Origin: Antedon mediterranea
Taxonomy: Eukaryota; Animalia; Echinodermata
DNA length: 64,000 nt
NCBI RefSeq assembly: GCF_964355755.1
Contig: NC_092677.1
Span: 17,568,101-17,632,100, forward strand
Direction: 5' to 3'
Shown here: one piece after another, positions 28,103-41,697 of the stretch
Layout of the letters: each line of letters starts with the position of its first letter
Position numbering within the stretch: the stretch's first letter is position 1
The notes under the pieces: generated by a model
Database searches by the model: none
Seen by the model: only the letters and a program-made list of their open reading frames with translations
What the model was told of the DNA's origin: nothing
Position numbers and translations under genes: made by a program

Positions 28103-28430
28103 CAAGAGAATATACACAGTATACTTTACTATTTGTGTTCTGGCTAATTCACGCAAATCATGCACATTGTTAATGCGATTGTTGTCTTAAATTTTAATTC
28201 ATTCGATTAACTGAAATAATAAAATATATCTTATGAGTACAGTAATAAAACAATAGCAAATAATAATAGTAAAAGTTATACAAATTAAATAATGATAAAT
28301 AAGCAGGTGAGTATACATATACCAAATTGAAAATTAAGGTGTGGCTCAAATGGGTCAACCACCATAGTTAACATGAATAAAATATAATCAATCAATAAAG
28401 GTATAAATAAACTTAAAACTCATGATTGTG

Positions 28431-28467
28431 CTACTACTACTACTACTACTACTACTACTGCTGCTGA

Positions 28468-28513
<46 letters not shown>

Positions 28514-28518
28514 GCTGA

Positions 28519-28564
<46 letters not shown>

Positions 28565-28583
28565 GTTGCTGCTACTGTTGCTG

Positions 28584-28627
<44 letters not shown>

Positions 28628-28638
28628 GTTGCTGCTGA

Positions 28639-28696
<58 letters not shown>

Positions 28697-28810
28697 GTTG
28701 CTGCTGATACTACTACTACTACTGCTGCTGCTGCTGCCGCCGCCCCCTCCAGCTGCCGCTGCTGCCGCCCCCTCCAGCTGCCACTGCCCCTGCCACTGTT
28801 ACTGCCACCA
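28431..28810. repeat. (CTA)n microsatellite grading into CTG/CCG triplets
   Basis: Seen directly; it is intronic. Confidence 0.95.
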
Positions 28811-31800
28811 GAACATATACAGGCCTAGATTGCCTTCTACTATGATTGAATTAACTTGATTAATTCTTCTTGGGGACACATCCACCTAGCTTTTCCTTTC
28901 AACTGTAACTGACTTAACATGGCTTTTTCTACTGCCACGGCCAAGGTCAGGCTGAAACGTGAGCCACCTGGAATAGCTAATACTGGTAACACAAAAGAGT
29001 AGCCAAATTGGTCCTAGACTTATTACAGCATACCAAATTGGACCTTACAATTTTTGATAAGATTTGTTTTGCTATACATTTATTGGTTGTCTATTTATCA
29101 CTATCAATTACTTATATAGCTGTTATGAATATTATTGAACTTATGATTATGATTTTGTTCATCAAGGATGGAAACACTCCACTTCATTTGTATTTGCATA
29201 GTATATATACAATTACCTTGGAAATAGTGACATTCCTGATTAAGCACGGTGCGTCATTAACATTTCAAAATAAGGTACGTTTTTTTGTTCACAATTATTA
29301 ACTCACTGTATGACAATACATACACAAACTTACACATACTTATTACATATTTATCTTGTATTTGATCAATAAAAAAGAAATGATTTGCTCATTTGAAAAA
29401 TAAATTATTTTCAATTTTTTTTTATGATTTTGTTCATCAAGAATGGAAACACTCCACTTCATTTGTATCTGCGTTATGGACATTGTACCTTGGAAATAAT
29501 GACATTCCTTATACAACAGCATGCTGAATCATTGTCATTGCAAAACAAGGTATAAAGTCATTTTTCTCACAATTATACACTTACTGTATGACAGTACATA
29601 CACAAACTTACACATATATATTATATACTTATTTGTTTTCTTGTATTGGATCAAATACAAAAGACAATAGTTTACTCATTTCAGAATGAAATTATTTTCA
29701 AGACTAGGTTTAATGATTCATAAGATTGCATAAATTATTATGTAAAGATATTGAACTTAAAATATGATTTTGTTCATCAAGGATGGAGACACTCCACTTC
29801 ATTTGTGTCGGAGTGGTATACCTACCTTAGAAACAGTGAAATTCCTCATACAGCAAGGTGCATCATTAACATTGCAAAATAAGGTATGTTTTTTGTTTCA
29901 CAATTATTCACTTACTGTACACAAACTTGCACATATACTTATTTACATATTTATATGTTTTCTTGTATTTGATAATAAAAAAGAAATGATTCCCTAATTT
30001 AAAAATTCAATTATTTTGAAGACTTGGTATAACTATTCATAAGATTGCATAAATTACTGTAAAGATACTGTAACAAAGGTAGACAATGACGTAAATTAAA
30101 TTTACTACAGGATTAAGTTGCAAGAGAATACACACAGTATACTTTACTATTTGTGATGAGATGTGTTTTGCTATACATTTATTGCTTGTCAATTTAGTAC
30201 TTCAATATGAACCTACCCTAGAAATAGTGACATGCTTCATACAGCATGGAAATGTTGGTTGTACAATAAACAGATTTGGAAAGAGTCAAATACCATCTAA
30301 TACCAATATGTTTTTATTATTTAACAAAGATACCAATATATTTATCAAAAAGTGATAATATGAGTTTTAAAATTATCGTTATTCAGTTTATATAGTTGAA
30401 TTGTTAAATTTTAAAAATTGCTTTAATAAATAAATACAATCAAGATTTTACCATTTAATCTGACTCTGATATAGCATGAAATCACCAGAGGTTTAATGGT
30501 AGTGTCTGTAAATCAACCATAATAGCAGGTGTCTCTTTTACACATTATTAGCATAGGCCTACTTATGTGTGTTATATTTTTTGTATTTATAGACATAATA
30601 GTCTACTAATATTCAATTCAATTCAATCTTTATTTCGGAAACTCTGGTTCATATAAATTAAATAAAATAAACAAGACTAATTAATACTACTCATCTCAGG
30701 ATGACATTCCACCTGGAGAGCATCTTCGACTTAACTAAGACGTTGCTTATAATCGTTTTAGAATATTCATAATGTATTTTTGATTTTATATGTGTGTCTG
30801 AATAGTACCACTCAGTAGCCAATATCAATAAAAAAAAACTAAAACATTAATTTGTTTGTAGGAAGGAAGTACACCAATGACTATTTTAAAAAATAACACG
30901 AACAAAATATACCCAGATGAAAGGAAAAAGATTTTAAAATTTGACTTTGACAGTAAGTGATGCCTTACTTTTATATATTTAACTTGTAAGAGGTTATTTA
31001 TGAATTAAATTTGATATTGATATATTTATATTAGATTTACAGTATATTCCAAGGTTGTGATGCTAGTTCAATTTGACAAAAAATTGAAATAAAAAAAATT
31101 AATGATTTACAGTAGCCTACTTAAAAAGAAATGTATTTTACTTTTAACCAAAAAATAGTCATAATTGTCTCTCAGACGTTATTTTGCCTCTCAAGTGAAA
31201 TTATAATTTTTTTTCTCCACTTTGAATAACTTTATTAAAACTGCATAATATGGCTTATTCAAAGTAATCAGTTTTTTTTTTTGTTTGGTGGAACAATACA
31301 TCTTTAACAAAACTAAAATTACTGTATTTATCAATGTCCATTTAGATTTTAATATTATCAGCTTTTAAGAGCCATTGTCTGTAAAAATCAAAGATTTGGT
31401 GGCAGATGTAAAAAAATGGATTTCTCTCAAATTTTTACCATGAATAGACATTTCAATTAAAAGCATATCTACAGCATTTATTTTAATTTTTAGCCTCCGT
31501 TGCCATGACAACGGTCAATTATCAACATTTTGATGTTTTTGCCATTTTTCACAGATTTTCAATAGTGAAAAAGTACAAACTTGTATACTTATTTCAACCA
31601 AAAATACTTACAGTATACAGTTTTTGTTTATAGCAGTGTAAACAACATGTATTGAGATCCATTTAATGTAGAAAAAAAAAATTACAAAATGGAGTTTGGT
31701 TGATACCATTATTTTAAAAAGGGGTGTTTTTAAAAAATATTTTTTTTTATAAAAGTATACCTTATAAACGTACCTATAACTTCCAAAGTGGTGTTTTTAA

Positions 31801-32852
31801 ATCAATGAGGTTTTTTAATTTGATAGTCAATAGGTTTGTCAACAATAATCACGAAAAAAACACTGGGGTAAATTTCGTACATAGGTTTTGTGTTGCCAGG
31901 AAAATACAAAAAATACAAAAAAATACAAACAAAATATCAACAAACAAAACACATGAAACACAATTAAAATATGGCTAATCCAATAATAAAATGTATATGT
32001 GGCTTGTCATAATGCTACTAGAGTCATACGAATAGTTTAGATAAAATAGGAGAATGTGTTGCCAGGTTTATTTCAATTAATTGCCAGAAAAACAGTATTT
32101 TGCATTGAATTATTTAGTTGATGGAAAATAATGTTAAACTTTGAAATAATTGCGTCAATGGTTTTTATAAATTTTTAAATCTATTATGTGTAAAGAGATA
32201 CATAAAGACCTCCCAAAAAATCTGACCTTGTAAATAGGTCATTTGAGGTCAAAAGGGGTCTACAAAACAGGACAGGTCCCCACTTTACTACAACTATTAA
32301 TGTTTGATCAAAATTTACAAGATAGTTCATAACAATTCTCAAAAATTTTCATTTTTTACCTATAGTGTTACCTTAGCAACCATTTCTATGTGTAACTAAG
32401 GAAAGTAATTTTTAAAAAAACGTAAAAAATGGCGTTTTTATAAATACAAAGAATTGATTGCATTTGTAATTTTTCTCAATTTTACTTCTACTGCATTCTA
32501 TTAACGACAAACTTTACCTTGTAAATTCATTCATTTTGAGGTCAAATGAGATCAACATTTTACCATAGTAACTGTTTCTATGCGAAAATTAACATTTTAC
32601 CTATAGTGTATTGTAGCAACTGTTTCTATACATAACTAAGTACAATATTTTTAATATGGGGTTTTATGACTACAAACAATTGATTACATAGCTTTACTAC
32701 TTTTTCCCAAATTTACTTATCTACTGAATCCCAGAAAATGTCTGACCTTGTGAAAGGGTGATTTGTTGGGTCAAGTTATGTCAAAATGTATTATTTATGT
32801 TATCTTAGAACCTGTTTCTATGCGTAACTAAGGATAATTGTTTTTTTAAATA

Positions 32853-34189
32853 CAGTTGAACCTCCCGTAAGTGGCCACCCTCGGGACGTCCTGGAAAAGT
32901 GGCCGCTTACGGGTGGTGACCCCTTACGGGTGGTGACCCCTTACGGGAGGTTCTGCCGATAAAGGGCCAAAATCACGTATTATGGCTATATACGATATTC
33001 TTAACGAAACGAGCCTCTCAATTTCCCAGCTAATTGTAGGCCTATTATTATTTATAATCAGGTGGTTTAGTATTTTGTAGCATTTTCAGACAAATTTTAA
33101 AAGCTTTTATCATATGAAAAATGGTCGGTCAAAATCTGTGTAGTTTTCTCATCTCTTCACAGTAATGTTTTAAAACCTCTTCAAAATAAAGCTAATATAT
33201 AAAGAACAAGGCCAACAGCCATTAAGTCGCGTGCTACAATGCATAGTGATACCGGACCGACAGACAAACAGACCGACAGACAGACAGACGGACCGACCGA
33301 CATAGTGAACTATACTGACCGAAATTACTGAACATGTTGAAATGTTTAAAAACATTTATATTTTTTTAATTTACACGTGCGTAGCCTGTCACTTTTGACG
33401 TGCTCGTATAACGTAATTTCGAGTTGAAAAGTAAGTCAAGAAAACAGAAATCGGGCAAAAAGAGTGCGCAATAACATTTAACGCGCAGTGCGCGCACAAA
33501 AATCTGCGCACTCATGGCAATTTTGTAAACGCTTAAAATTTCTTGAAACGTACTCTTATTTCATCGAAAATAAATTTTGAAAATTTTAAGCGCGCGTACG
33601 CATGCGTTACATGCGCTACGCACGTAATTGTATTGCCATATGATGATTTATGCCCTGAAATTTATGAGTACCAAATTTTATTTAATTGTGATTCATGGTT
33701 GTTAAGATATGATTACAAACGTGATTTCTTTAAATCGTGCGTAGACCGCGAATTTTTTTATTGCGCACCGTGAAAACATAACCACATCGATTCCTGGCCA
33801 TAAGGAATATTCTGTGAAAAATTGACTTAGCTAGATTAAACTGATATCAAGATAAGGTCATAAAGCGATAAAACGCATAGTGATACCGGACCGACAGACA
33901 GACAGACCAACAGACAGACCGACAGACAGACCGACCGACCGACATAGTGAACTATAGAGTCGCTTCCACGCGACTAAAAACAATAAAATGCACCTCTAAT
34001 TCATAGGTCCATGCAATAAGTATCACATTTTTCGATTGGCCGCTTACAAAAAATCTCATTTTTAGTATAAAAAGGTGCCCGCAGCTGCTTACGGTAAGCA
34101 CCAAATGCACTAATTAGATAGGAAGAACAAACAGGCTTTTCAAAGTGCGTCCGTTAAGGGTGGTGACCACTTACGGGAGGTGCCCGCTG
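32853..34189. mobile_element. Tc1/pogo(Tigger)-type MITE nested in the Sola3 element
   Basis: TA|CAGTTGAACCTCCCGTAAGTGGCCACC...GGTGACCACTTACGGGAGGTGCCCGCTG|TA, with internal CTTACGGG repeats. Confidence 0.75.
33205..33980. mobile_element. DINE-1/HINE-like element nested in the MITE
   Basis: AACAAG start, sub-TIR AGTCGCGTG (33225), two (GACA/GACC)n blocks, terminal AGTCGC-ttccac-GCGACT hairpin plus A-run. Confidence 0.75.
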
Positions 34190-35918
34190 TAAATAAAATA
34201 TGGAGTTTTCATGAATAAAAATAATCACAGAAGAAAGTTCTTACGAATATGACCTTGTGAAACGGTAATTTGAAAATGCAAATAAGGCATGCCTGCAAAT
34301 AATCTACAAATTTAAATTTGTAAAAGATAAATATGCAAAATCTAAAGAATATCTCAATTTCAGTTACCATAGTAACTGTTGCTATGCATAACTAAGGGAA
34401 ATAAATAATTATCAGATAATTATTAATTAATAATTAATACTGAATCCAACCATCACAGTAAAAAAAATATAGAATTTAAAACCAATATTTAATAATAAAG
34501 TGTGATATTTTACATGCTGACCTTAAATGAAATGAAATTTCACATAAGGGCTTCAATATTTGTTATGTAGCATTAACATACCTGAGTATATCATTGACTT
34601 TTGATTGGTTCTATTTTGGGGAGGGGAAAGTGGTGGATCCAGGACTTTGAAATAGTTAGGGGGTTGAAGGCGAGGGTCTAACAACTTAACTTTATGTCCT
34701 ATCTTTTGCATTGCAATTTTTAACTTGGTGGGTGGGGGCTTGGAGAAAGGGGGAGGGGGGTGGGAGGGAGGAGTTTGAATCCGTCTATTCATTGGGTCGA
34801 TGGTAGCGGCAGTGTGGGTGGTGCTTGAATGCATGCATTTGACACTCTATAGTGGATGATCGACCAAAGTGTTGCAGTTTATCGTTTTGTGGTTATAGTC
34901 GGGGTGGGAGGGGGAGGGGGGTGGGGTGGTAGTCGAAAGTGGTGGTGGATGGGAATGTGGGATCTGCTTAGGTTAGCAAATAAAATAAGTAAACAAATGA
35001 AAGAGGAGTTTCAAAATAAGAGAGGAGTAATCTGTTGCAAAGATTAAAATTCACAACGATCTGATAATTTATTCAAATTTCCAGAGGATATAACCTATAA
35101 AATGACATTAAAACTGGGAATTACAGAATCTATAATTAAGAATATTTTTTTTTCTCACAACACAACTAGAACTATATAAAACATTAAGAATTTTTCTGAC
35201 CAATGAGTTTCAAATCAAATAATCAAAGAAAATAAAATGTTTTTACTAATATACCATGTTTTTTTTTTATAAAAATGCTTATGTTTCTCGCAACACTGCT
35301 TGTAGATTTAAAAATTACCCCAGTATTTTATTTTAGAAAACAATTATTAAACATTAGAACTACCTATTTGTAATAAATCAGCTAAAAAAATACACCACTT
35401 TGGGCGTTATGGTGAAGTAAAGTTTAGTTGCATTGAACAATTTAAAAAAAGTGAAAAACACCCCTTTTTAAATAAATGGTATCTCCCAAAGTATGAAATA
35501 AAAAAAAATAAAAAAAATATGAAACAGGTACACAATGCATTGTTATTAGGCATACACTAATTATTTTTTATAATTAAATGAACAAAACAAAAATATCGTT
35601 CATCAAAATAGTACCAATATCCATTTTAAAAAACCTTAAAAAAGGACAAAATTTGTCAAAAACACAAATTTGGCCGTTGCCATGGAAATATACTTGTGAA
35701 ATAAAAAATACTTCATATTTGATTTCTCTCAACAAATATATAGCCATGTGCAAAATTTGAAAGAAATCCATTTTTTTGAGTCTGCCACTCTTTTTGATAT
35801 TTCTTTGATTCTTACAGACAATGGCTCTTATCTTAAGAGGTTATGTATAAAAACAATTTTAAAAAGTGAATTTAAAATTTGACATTTTGAAAGTGTTATA
35901 TTAATATTTTTGTATTAG

Positions 35919-38301
35919 AATTATTAGTTCCAGCAGAGATATATTCCAAGGGTAAATATGCTATTAAAATATACAAAGATGAGCTTCAAAATGGTGAAAT
36001 CTCAGTTGTGAATTCAAGATGTATGTTTCTTGGAAAAGAAGGTGCTGGCAAGACAAGTTGTGTAAAGGCTATGCTTGGTGAAAGGTAACAAATAACCAGA
36101 GAATTCTAAAATTAATTTTACTCTTTCCTGTTTGTAGTATATGTATCAATAGTTTTTAGAAAGAAAGCCCATTTGTTTATTCAAATAAACATTATTCCCT
36201 GTATTAAATTTAATTTTCAAACAGAATTATTGAAACTTAGAAATTGTAAAATTATGTTTAATACTAGTGTTGTTAAAATTATTATTAGATGATTTTTTTT
36301 TACTCAAGTGCATAGTTGTATAAAGTAAACCTATGCTAACTAGGATTGCCTTTTTATTTATTTTTTCATAATTTCTGTTTTTCAGTGAATAATATATGTT
36401 TCAGTCTTGAATATTCTAATTATGTTTAACTTTACTATGCATTATTATAATAGGTTTAATTCCAGAGAGCCGTCAACAGATGGTATTGTAACAACTACAG
36501 TGTTTCAAGCAAAGAAGGATTGTAGAAAGTGGAAGAAAGTGAAAGATGTAGATGGTGAGTTAGCATCAAACAAACTCTTGAAACTTTAACAAATGAACAA
36601 AGCATTGTTCAATTACATACAGTATAAAGACAGAATGAACAATATTAGAAAGTATTTAAACATGTATTTAATTTTTAAATATTGTTGATCTATAAATATA
36701 CATGTTTCATATTTCTTGCTTTGTAAAGGTGTTAAACTATCCCAGCAAATTCGTGCACATGCGTTAGAAAAGAAATTAAATGAAGGTAGGTACATACTAA
36801 AACATTAAAATGTTATTTTTTATATCTGCAGATTTAGGTATATCAAGCAATATTATTACCATAGTGATTTTTTTAATTGTGTTTAAAAGGCAATGATAAC
36901 ACCTGGGCTCAAGTGGTGAATATTGCAAGGAAAGGTTTAACACTGGCAACAGGAAAGGTAGATGTGAGTGACATAAAACTAGTATATGGGACTACGCTGG
37001 TCAACTAGACTACTACATAACACACAGGGTATGTTTGTTTTATGCATCTTTATTATTTGGAAAAATTTGTGTGTAAAATCATATTTAAAACTAGATGTGC
37101 ATCATTTGCTTCTTTCTTAAGGCAACTCAGACAGCATCGTATGGCGTTTTGACTCGTCTGTCCTGTCTGTGTTGATTCCTGACAAGACGAGGCCTATCGA
37201 GTTGTCTTGATATAGTGTCGGGCGTATAGTTTTTAGATCATCAGGGGAACATCAATATGTTTAATTTTCCTCCGACGAGATGACTCGTCTGAGTGGCCAT
37301 TATGGGTATACTCATACTGTAATGACTGAGCATGAGCTCTAAGTGCCATTCTCGTAAATTCATGAACATTGAGTTATTAAATTACTGCATAGCATTCCGA
37401 AGCTTAAGCTGAGATTCACTTAAGGTGTACTTACTACAAATAAAACCCACAGCAATATGTACAGTATAACATTTTGACCATTATGACATTCACAGATAAT
37501 ATATATATAACTACAATAAGTAAAGAATGATATGGTCATCATTAGCTTTTTGTATTTTTTTATAGTTTTTTCTCACAAATAAAGTGTCGTATTGTGTGGT
37601 ATTTTGTGTTACGGACAACTTGAATGAATTAGCTAATTCACGAGATTCGTCCATAGTAAGTAAAATTTATTCAAGTCAATTGTTTAATTTAAAACATAAC
37701 TTGGTATTGATTATAGTTTTAATAGCCTTATACTTTAAATTACAATTTGATTTTTATTTTTATTTTAGGATTCACTCAGAATGACCAATTTGGACATGAA
37801 TTTGTTCTGGATAAGGTCTATTTATGAACATACTGTGTTACGACATGATTTAGGAAATCCCATTTTTGTTGATGACAAGAGTATAGAGTCACCTCCTGTC
37901 TGTTTGGTTGCTACCCATATGGACAAATTGTCAGGCACAGAATCAGAAAAAAAGATAAAGGTAATAACCCTAGTATATGATTTTATTACAATTTGACAAA
38001 ACTCATTAAGTATATTGTTATAGTTGTAGTTATTTATTATATAATTTTGGTAATAAAGGCTGAGAAGATGTTCATGCAGATGTTTGATGCAATGAAAGGA
38101 ATGCCTTATGCCAAGCATGTAGATCGTGTAATGTACATGGTGGATAACACTGTAAAGTCACATGAAGGTATTGAAAAACTTAAACGAAATGTTGGTAGAT
38201 ACATGAAAGCAATGGTACAGGAAGTTCCTGTAAAGTGGGTTAATTTGCAGGAAAAGTTGCAAATAATTGGAAAAACAAGATTGTACATTACCTTGACAGA
38301 G
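35919..38301 (+). CDS. Roc small-GTPase domain exons (part of the Roco pseudogene)
   Basis: VPAEIYSKGKYAIKIY..RCMFLGKEGAGKTS (P-loop), EPSTDGI (switch I), SIWDYAGQLDYYITH (switch II), PPVCLVATHMD (G4). Confidence 0.9.
37121..37298. mobile_element. Short Harbinger-like MITE in a Roc intron
   Basis: GGCAACTCAGAC...GTCTGAGTGGCC inverted ends in a TAA context. Confidence 0.45.
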
Positions 38302-39472
38302 GTAAGGGTTGAATGAATTTGGTTTTCAACGTATAGTTGTAGAATTCTGTTATTCAATATGTTGTATTTGTGAATAATCAATCATTTGTCAGTAATGCGG
38401 CCGTGAGCAGTCTGTATAGTACCTTCCAATACTGTACTTGTAGTGGCTACTGTTATAGTACTACTACTGTCCTGTTGAATTATTTATTTATCAATTGAAT
38501 TTAGTGTAATAATTACATTAAAATGTCAATTCTGCATTAGGTTTCAGAGATTTCCACCGAATGTGGAATTCTTCAAGATGTACTCACCACTGCCATAAGT
38601 TATCTGAATGACACTGGAATAATCATGTATACTGGAACTAACGAGAAATTAAGAAACATTGTGATAACAAATCTTCACTGAATGATTACAATTTTGACAA
38701 AAGTCATCACAGTAGTTACACCAACGTTTGAAATGGTTAGTAAATGCTTATTATCTATAACTAGATTTTAATATACTAGATTGCAAATAAAAGTAAAATA
38801 ATAATGACCCTTATTAATGTATTTCTTGAAACTTGGTACTAGTTGTATATCAGTAGGTCTATTGCATTTAGAATCTGTACTGTATTTTTTGTACACAGAA
38901 GAATGTAAAAGATCGGAAGCAATTACAGAAGCTATGGGAAAAGCTTAGCAATAAAGGAGTTCTTGAAGAGAAGTTACTACGTTATTTGTGGCGGGACTAT
39001 AACGATAAAGATCTCTTTGAAATCTTTATAGAATTGATGAAAGTTTTTCGTTTGCTCTTTGAGAAGAAAAAGGTTGGCAAATGCTATACATTTTTAATCG
39101 TTTCTTTGATGAAGCTTATACTAATCATTTGTACCAATTTATGTCTAATTGTGATGTTTATATTAACAGGGAATTGAAGAAGGTAATCGGGTATTCCTGG
39201 TTCCCTGCCGAATGGAAGTTGACAAAAAAGACAGTTTGCAAGTCATAGCAGATGACAAACAAACTATATCAATTTATCTGACTCCAACTGACTTTCTTCC
39301 GGACGCTGTGTACAACACATTAGTTGTTGCATTCCTCGAATTGATGACTGAAAAGGGTAGTGATGATTCAGAAGTGTTCCGGAATCGTAGTGATTTCAAA
39401 TTTAGTAATCACACTGTCAGTTTAGGTTCTGTCAAAATTAACCATGAAAGGGAAAAACCATATGCATTAAAG
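38220..39472 (+). CDS. COR domain exons (part of the Roco pseudogene)
   Basis: VPVKWVNL, AISYLNDTGIIMY, VITNLH*MI (stop at the usual Trp), GVLEEKLLRYLW, FIELMKVFRLL, FLVPCRM. Confidence 0.85.
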
Positions 39473-40120
39473 ATATGAAATGAATCGCTATTTTTATTAT
39501 CAATATGGTACACTTTTGAGAATTTCTATAAAATATATAGGTAGCATTGTGAATTTTCAGTTTATACAGTAGTCTGCCCATACACCATGCCTCTACCATA
39601 CAGATATGTTCAATTGGGTATTAGGGAATAGTCAGATGAGTTTGTGAAAAGTGAATATCTTTCATTTTCACAGCTTGAAATAACACGCTGGATTGAAATT
39701 GATATTTGAACCAGAACCAAGTGTCTGCATGGAGGTAATTGATGTGAGATTATTACTTTCAAACATAGTTATCACATAATATCAATTTATAAATAACACG
39801 TTGACCTCATATTTTAGGTACTAAGCTATAATTATATCTCAATCATTATAATCATTATTCATCATTATCAATCAAAAAAACTATATTAATTCTAGTATTG
39901 TGTTATTGTTAATATTATTACTGTCATCGCCAGCCTCGGATCTGGAGTCAGAGCTAAAGGCAGTAACAGAAATAGAGTCGGAGTCAGTGTCATTGAGGAT
40001 ATTTGGAGGTAACGATATTTAGATTAAGTAAAACAACTATTAGATTGTTAGTTATTCGTTTGTTGTATATACCAATTTATACTAAATACTGTTAATATCT
40101 TAAGTATTGTTTTTGTACAG

Positions 40121-40647
40121 GATCAGCTGAGAAGAAATTTCAGTCTATGTTGGTGCAAGTATCGAATTGGTATGATGAACATGACTCACTTGATATGCTG
40201 AAGGTGTTATGCAAAGGTCTTGTAACACCTTACATAGCTCTACAAAAGGCTGACATCACCATGGATTTGTTTAATTTATTGAAACAGGCTGGTCATCTTA
40301 CCATAACCAACTTTAAAGTTGTTATCGATATCATCAATGTCACCGGTACCAAAGGTGCTCTTGAGGCTAACAAATATCTGAAGAACATGTTTGAGGAATC
40401 CTACCATCATGTAACAAATGTTACAACGTATCGACAGAAGCTGATAGATTTTGGCAAAACGCTTTCCCAAGAAGATGTAAAAATGCTCATCGATCTAAAC
40501 AATGTTTCTAGGAAACAACGTGCCAACCAGTGGACTGTGATTCTAGATCTTGAACAGAGGGGCATCTTAAGGGAAGATAAATTGCGGTCATTTATCGAAC
40601 ATTTGAAAGAGAATAAGATGACAGTTGCTGCGGAAATGTTAGAATAG
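40121..40647 (+). CDS. Tandem death-effector-domain (DED)-like exon
   Basis: Acceptor ttttgtacag. Two helical units with DED-like patterns: FQSMLVQVS..LDMLKVLC..MDLFNLLKQAGHL and YRQKLIDFGKTLSQEDVKMLIDL..ILDLEQRGIL. Confidence 0.65.
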
Positions 40648-41299
40648 CACCTATTTGAACTATCACCAAAATTACGGTAGTTAGGGAAATGCAGCGATGG
40701 TTAAATAAGTATGAAGTGGTTGACTTATTTGGTTCTTATTTAATAATTTCAAACAACCTCATTGAGATTTGCTGTTTAAAGAGTTGTGATATCTTCTCCA
40801 CTCCATAATTCTCTATATACGCCCACTTCTGTGCAGAAAATGTTTGTGGACATAGAGGCCTACGTAATCAAAAGGTAGAGGCATTATACCCTTATAATTG
40901 ATATTTTTCAATTATAAATATTGCATTGGTGAAAGTAGAAGTTTTTGATTTAGACAAAATTGGCTTGGTAATTGACAGTTGGTTTTGTAACTATAGGTTG
41001 TTTTCTGTTTAAAGCACCCAGAAGTCACCACTTTGAAACTTAAGAGATGATGAAAAGGGTAGTTTAGTACCCAGGCCCAATCATAACTTGACCAACCATA
41101 GAGTAATATAAATAAATGTGTTATAGAAATAGAACTGGAAGTCACAACTATTTATAGACACTAATTAAAAAGAAACAGAAACTTGTTGTGAATACTGGCA
41201 TATCATCATATATATATATATATATATATATCTATATTGAGGCAGTTTTAACTTATTTGATCTTGATTTTTTTCTATATCCTGCCTATGCAGCTCTTTG

Positions 41300-41339
<40 letters not shown>

Positions 41340-41449
41340 CAATGATGTTGCGTAGCACTGTGTAAATTATATATAAATCATACTGTAAATTATAGAAACA
41401 GTGCTCATATTCGCCGAATATGAGCACTGTTTCTATAATTTACAGTATG

Positions 41450-41495
<46 letters not shown>

Positions 41496-41697
41496 ATAAT
41501 TTACAGTATGATTTATATATAATTTACACAGTGCTACGCAACATCATTGATTTACATATACACAATATTATTTAAAAAACCGTTGCGATTTAAAGTTGGA
41601 ATTTATTCTGACTTGTTAAGCCTCCACTGATTGTGAGGGCGTTTGTTGTATGAGAGAATGTATCTGGTGGGTGAAAATCTGTGATAATACCATACAT

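Larger units (their letters stand above)
26007..30952 (+). repeat. Array of single-ankyrin-repeat exons with co-duplicated introns
   Basis: Six phase-0 exons of 102-108 nt, (D/N)G(N/D)TPLHL...(Q/G)NK, each behind GATTTTGTTC(A/T)TCAAG. A truncated seventh copy lies at about 30204-30250, and a capping exon EGSTPM... at 30862-30952. Confidence 0.9.
31369..35827. mobile_element. Sola3-type non-autonomous transposon with about 530-bp TIRs
   Basis: TTAA|GAGCCATTGTCTGTAAAAATCAAAGA...TCTTTGATTCTTACAGACAATGGCTC|TTAT. GAG..CTC ends, a TTAA-type target, and inverted homology to about 31900 and 35285. Confidence 0.75.
26007..40647 (+). pseudogene. Roco-family gene: ankyrin repeats - Roc GTPase - COR - tandem DED-like; disrupted
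   Basis: Exons: 26007-26111, 26353-26457, 26919-27023, 29167-29274, 29442-29549, 29782-29883, 30862-30952, 35919-36084, 36454-36554, 36729-36785, 36890-37028, 37566-37655, 37769-37960, 38059-38301, 38541-38735, 38899-39072, 39170-39472, 39674-39734, about 39818-40008, 40121-40647, with compatible phases. Lesions: 1-nt loss at about 36975, TGA at 38679-38681, GT>AT donor at 39473, frameshift at about 39706. The start exon was not identified. Confidence 0.85.

Noticed and set aside
28422-28859. 145-aa poly-Leu ORF
   Set aside because: It is the translation of an intronic (CTA)n microsatellite.
38679-38681. In-frame TGA as selenocysteine or read-through
   Set aside because: It falls at a usually conserved Trp (TGG>TGA), and the gene has other independent lesions.
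26007-40647. Orthologue of LRRK2, DAPK1 or MFHAS1
   Set aside because: No kinase domain and no LRRs before Roc. The architecture differs, so no gene symbol was assigned.
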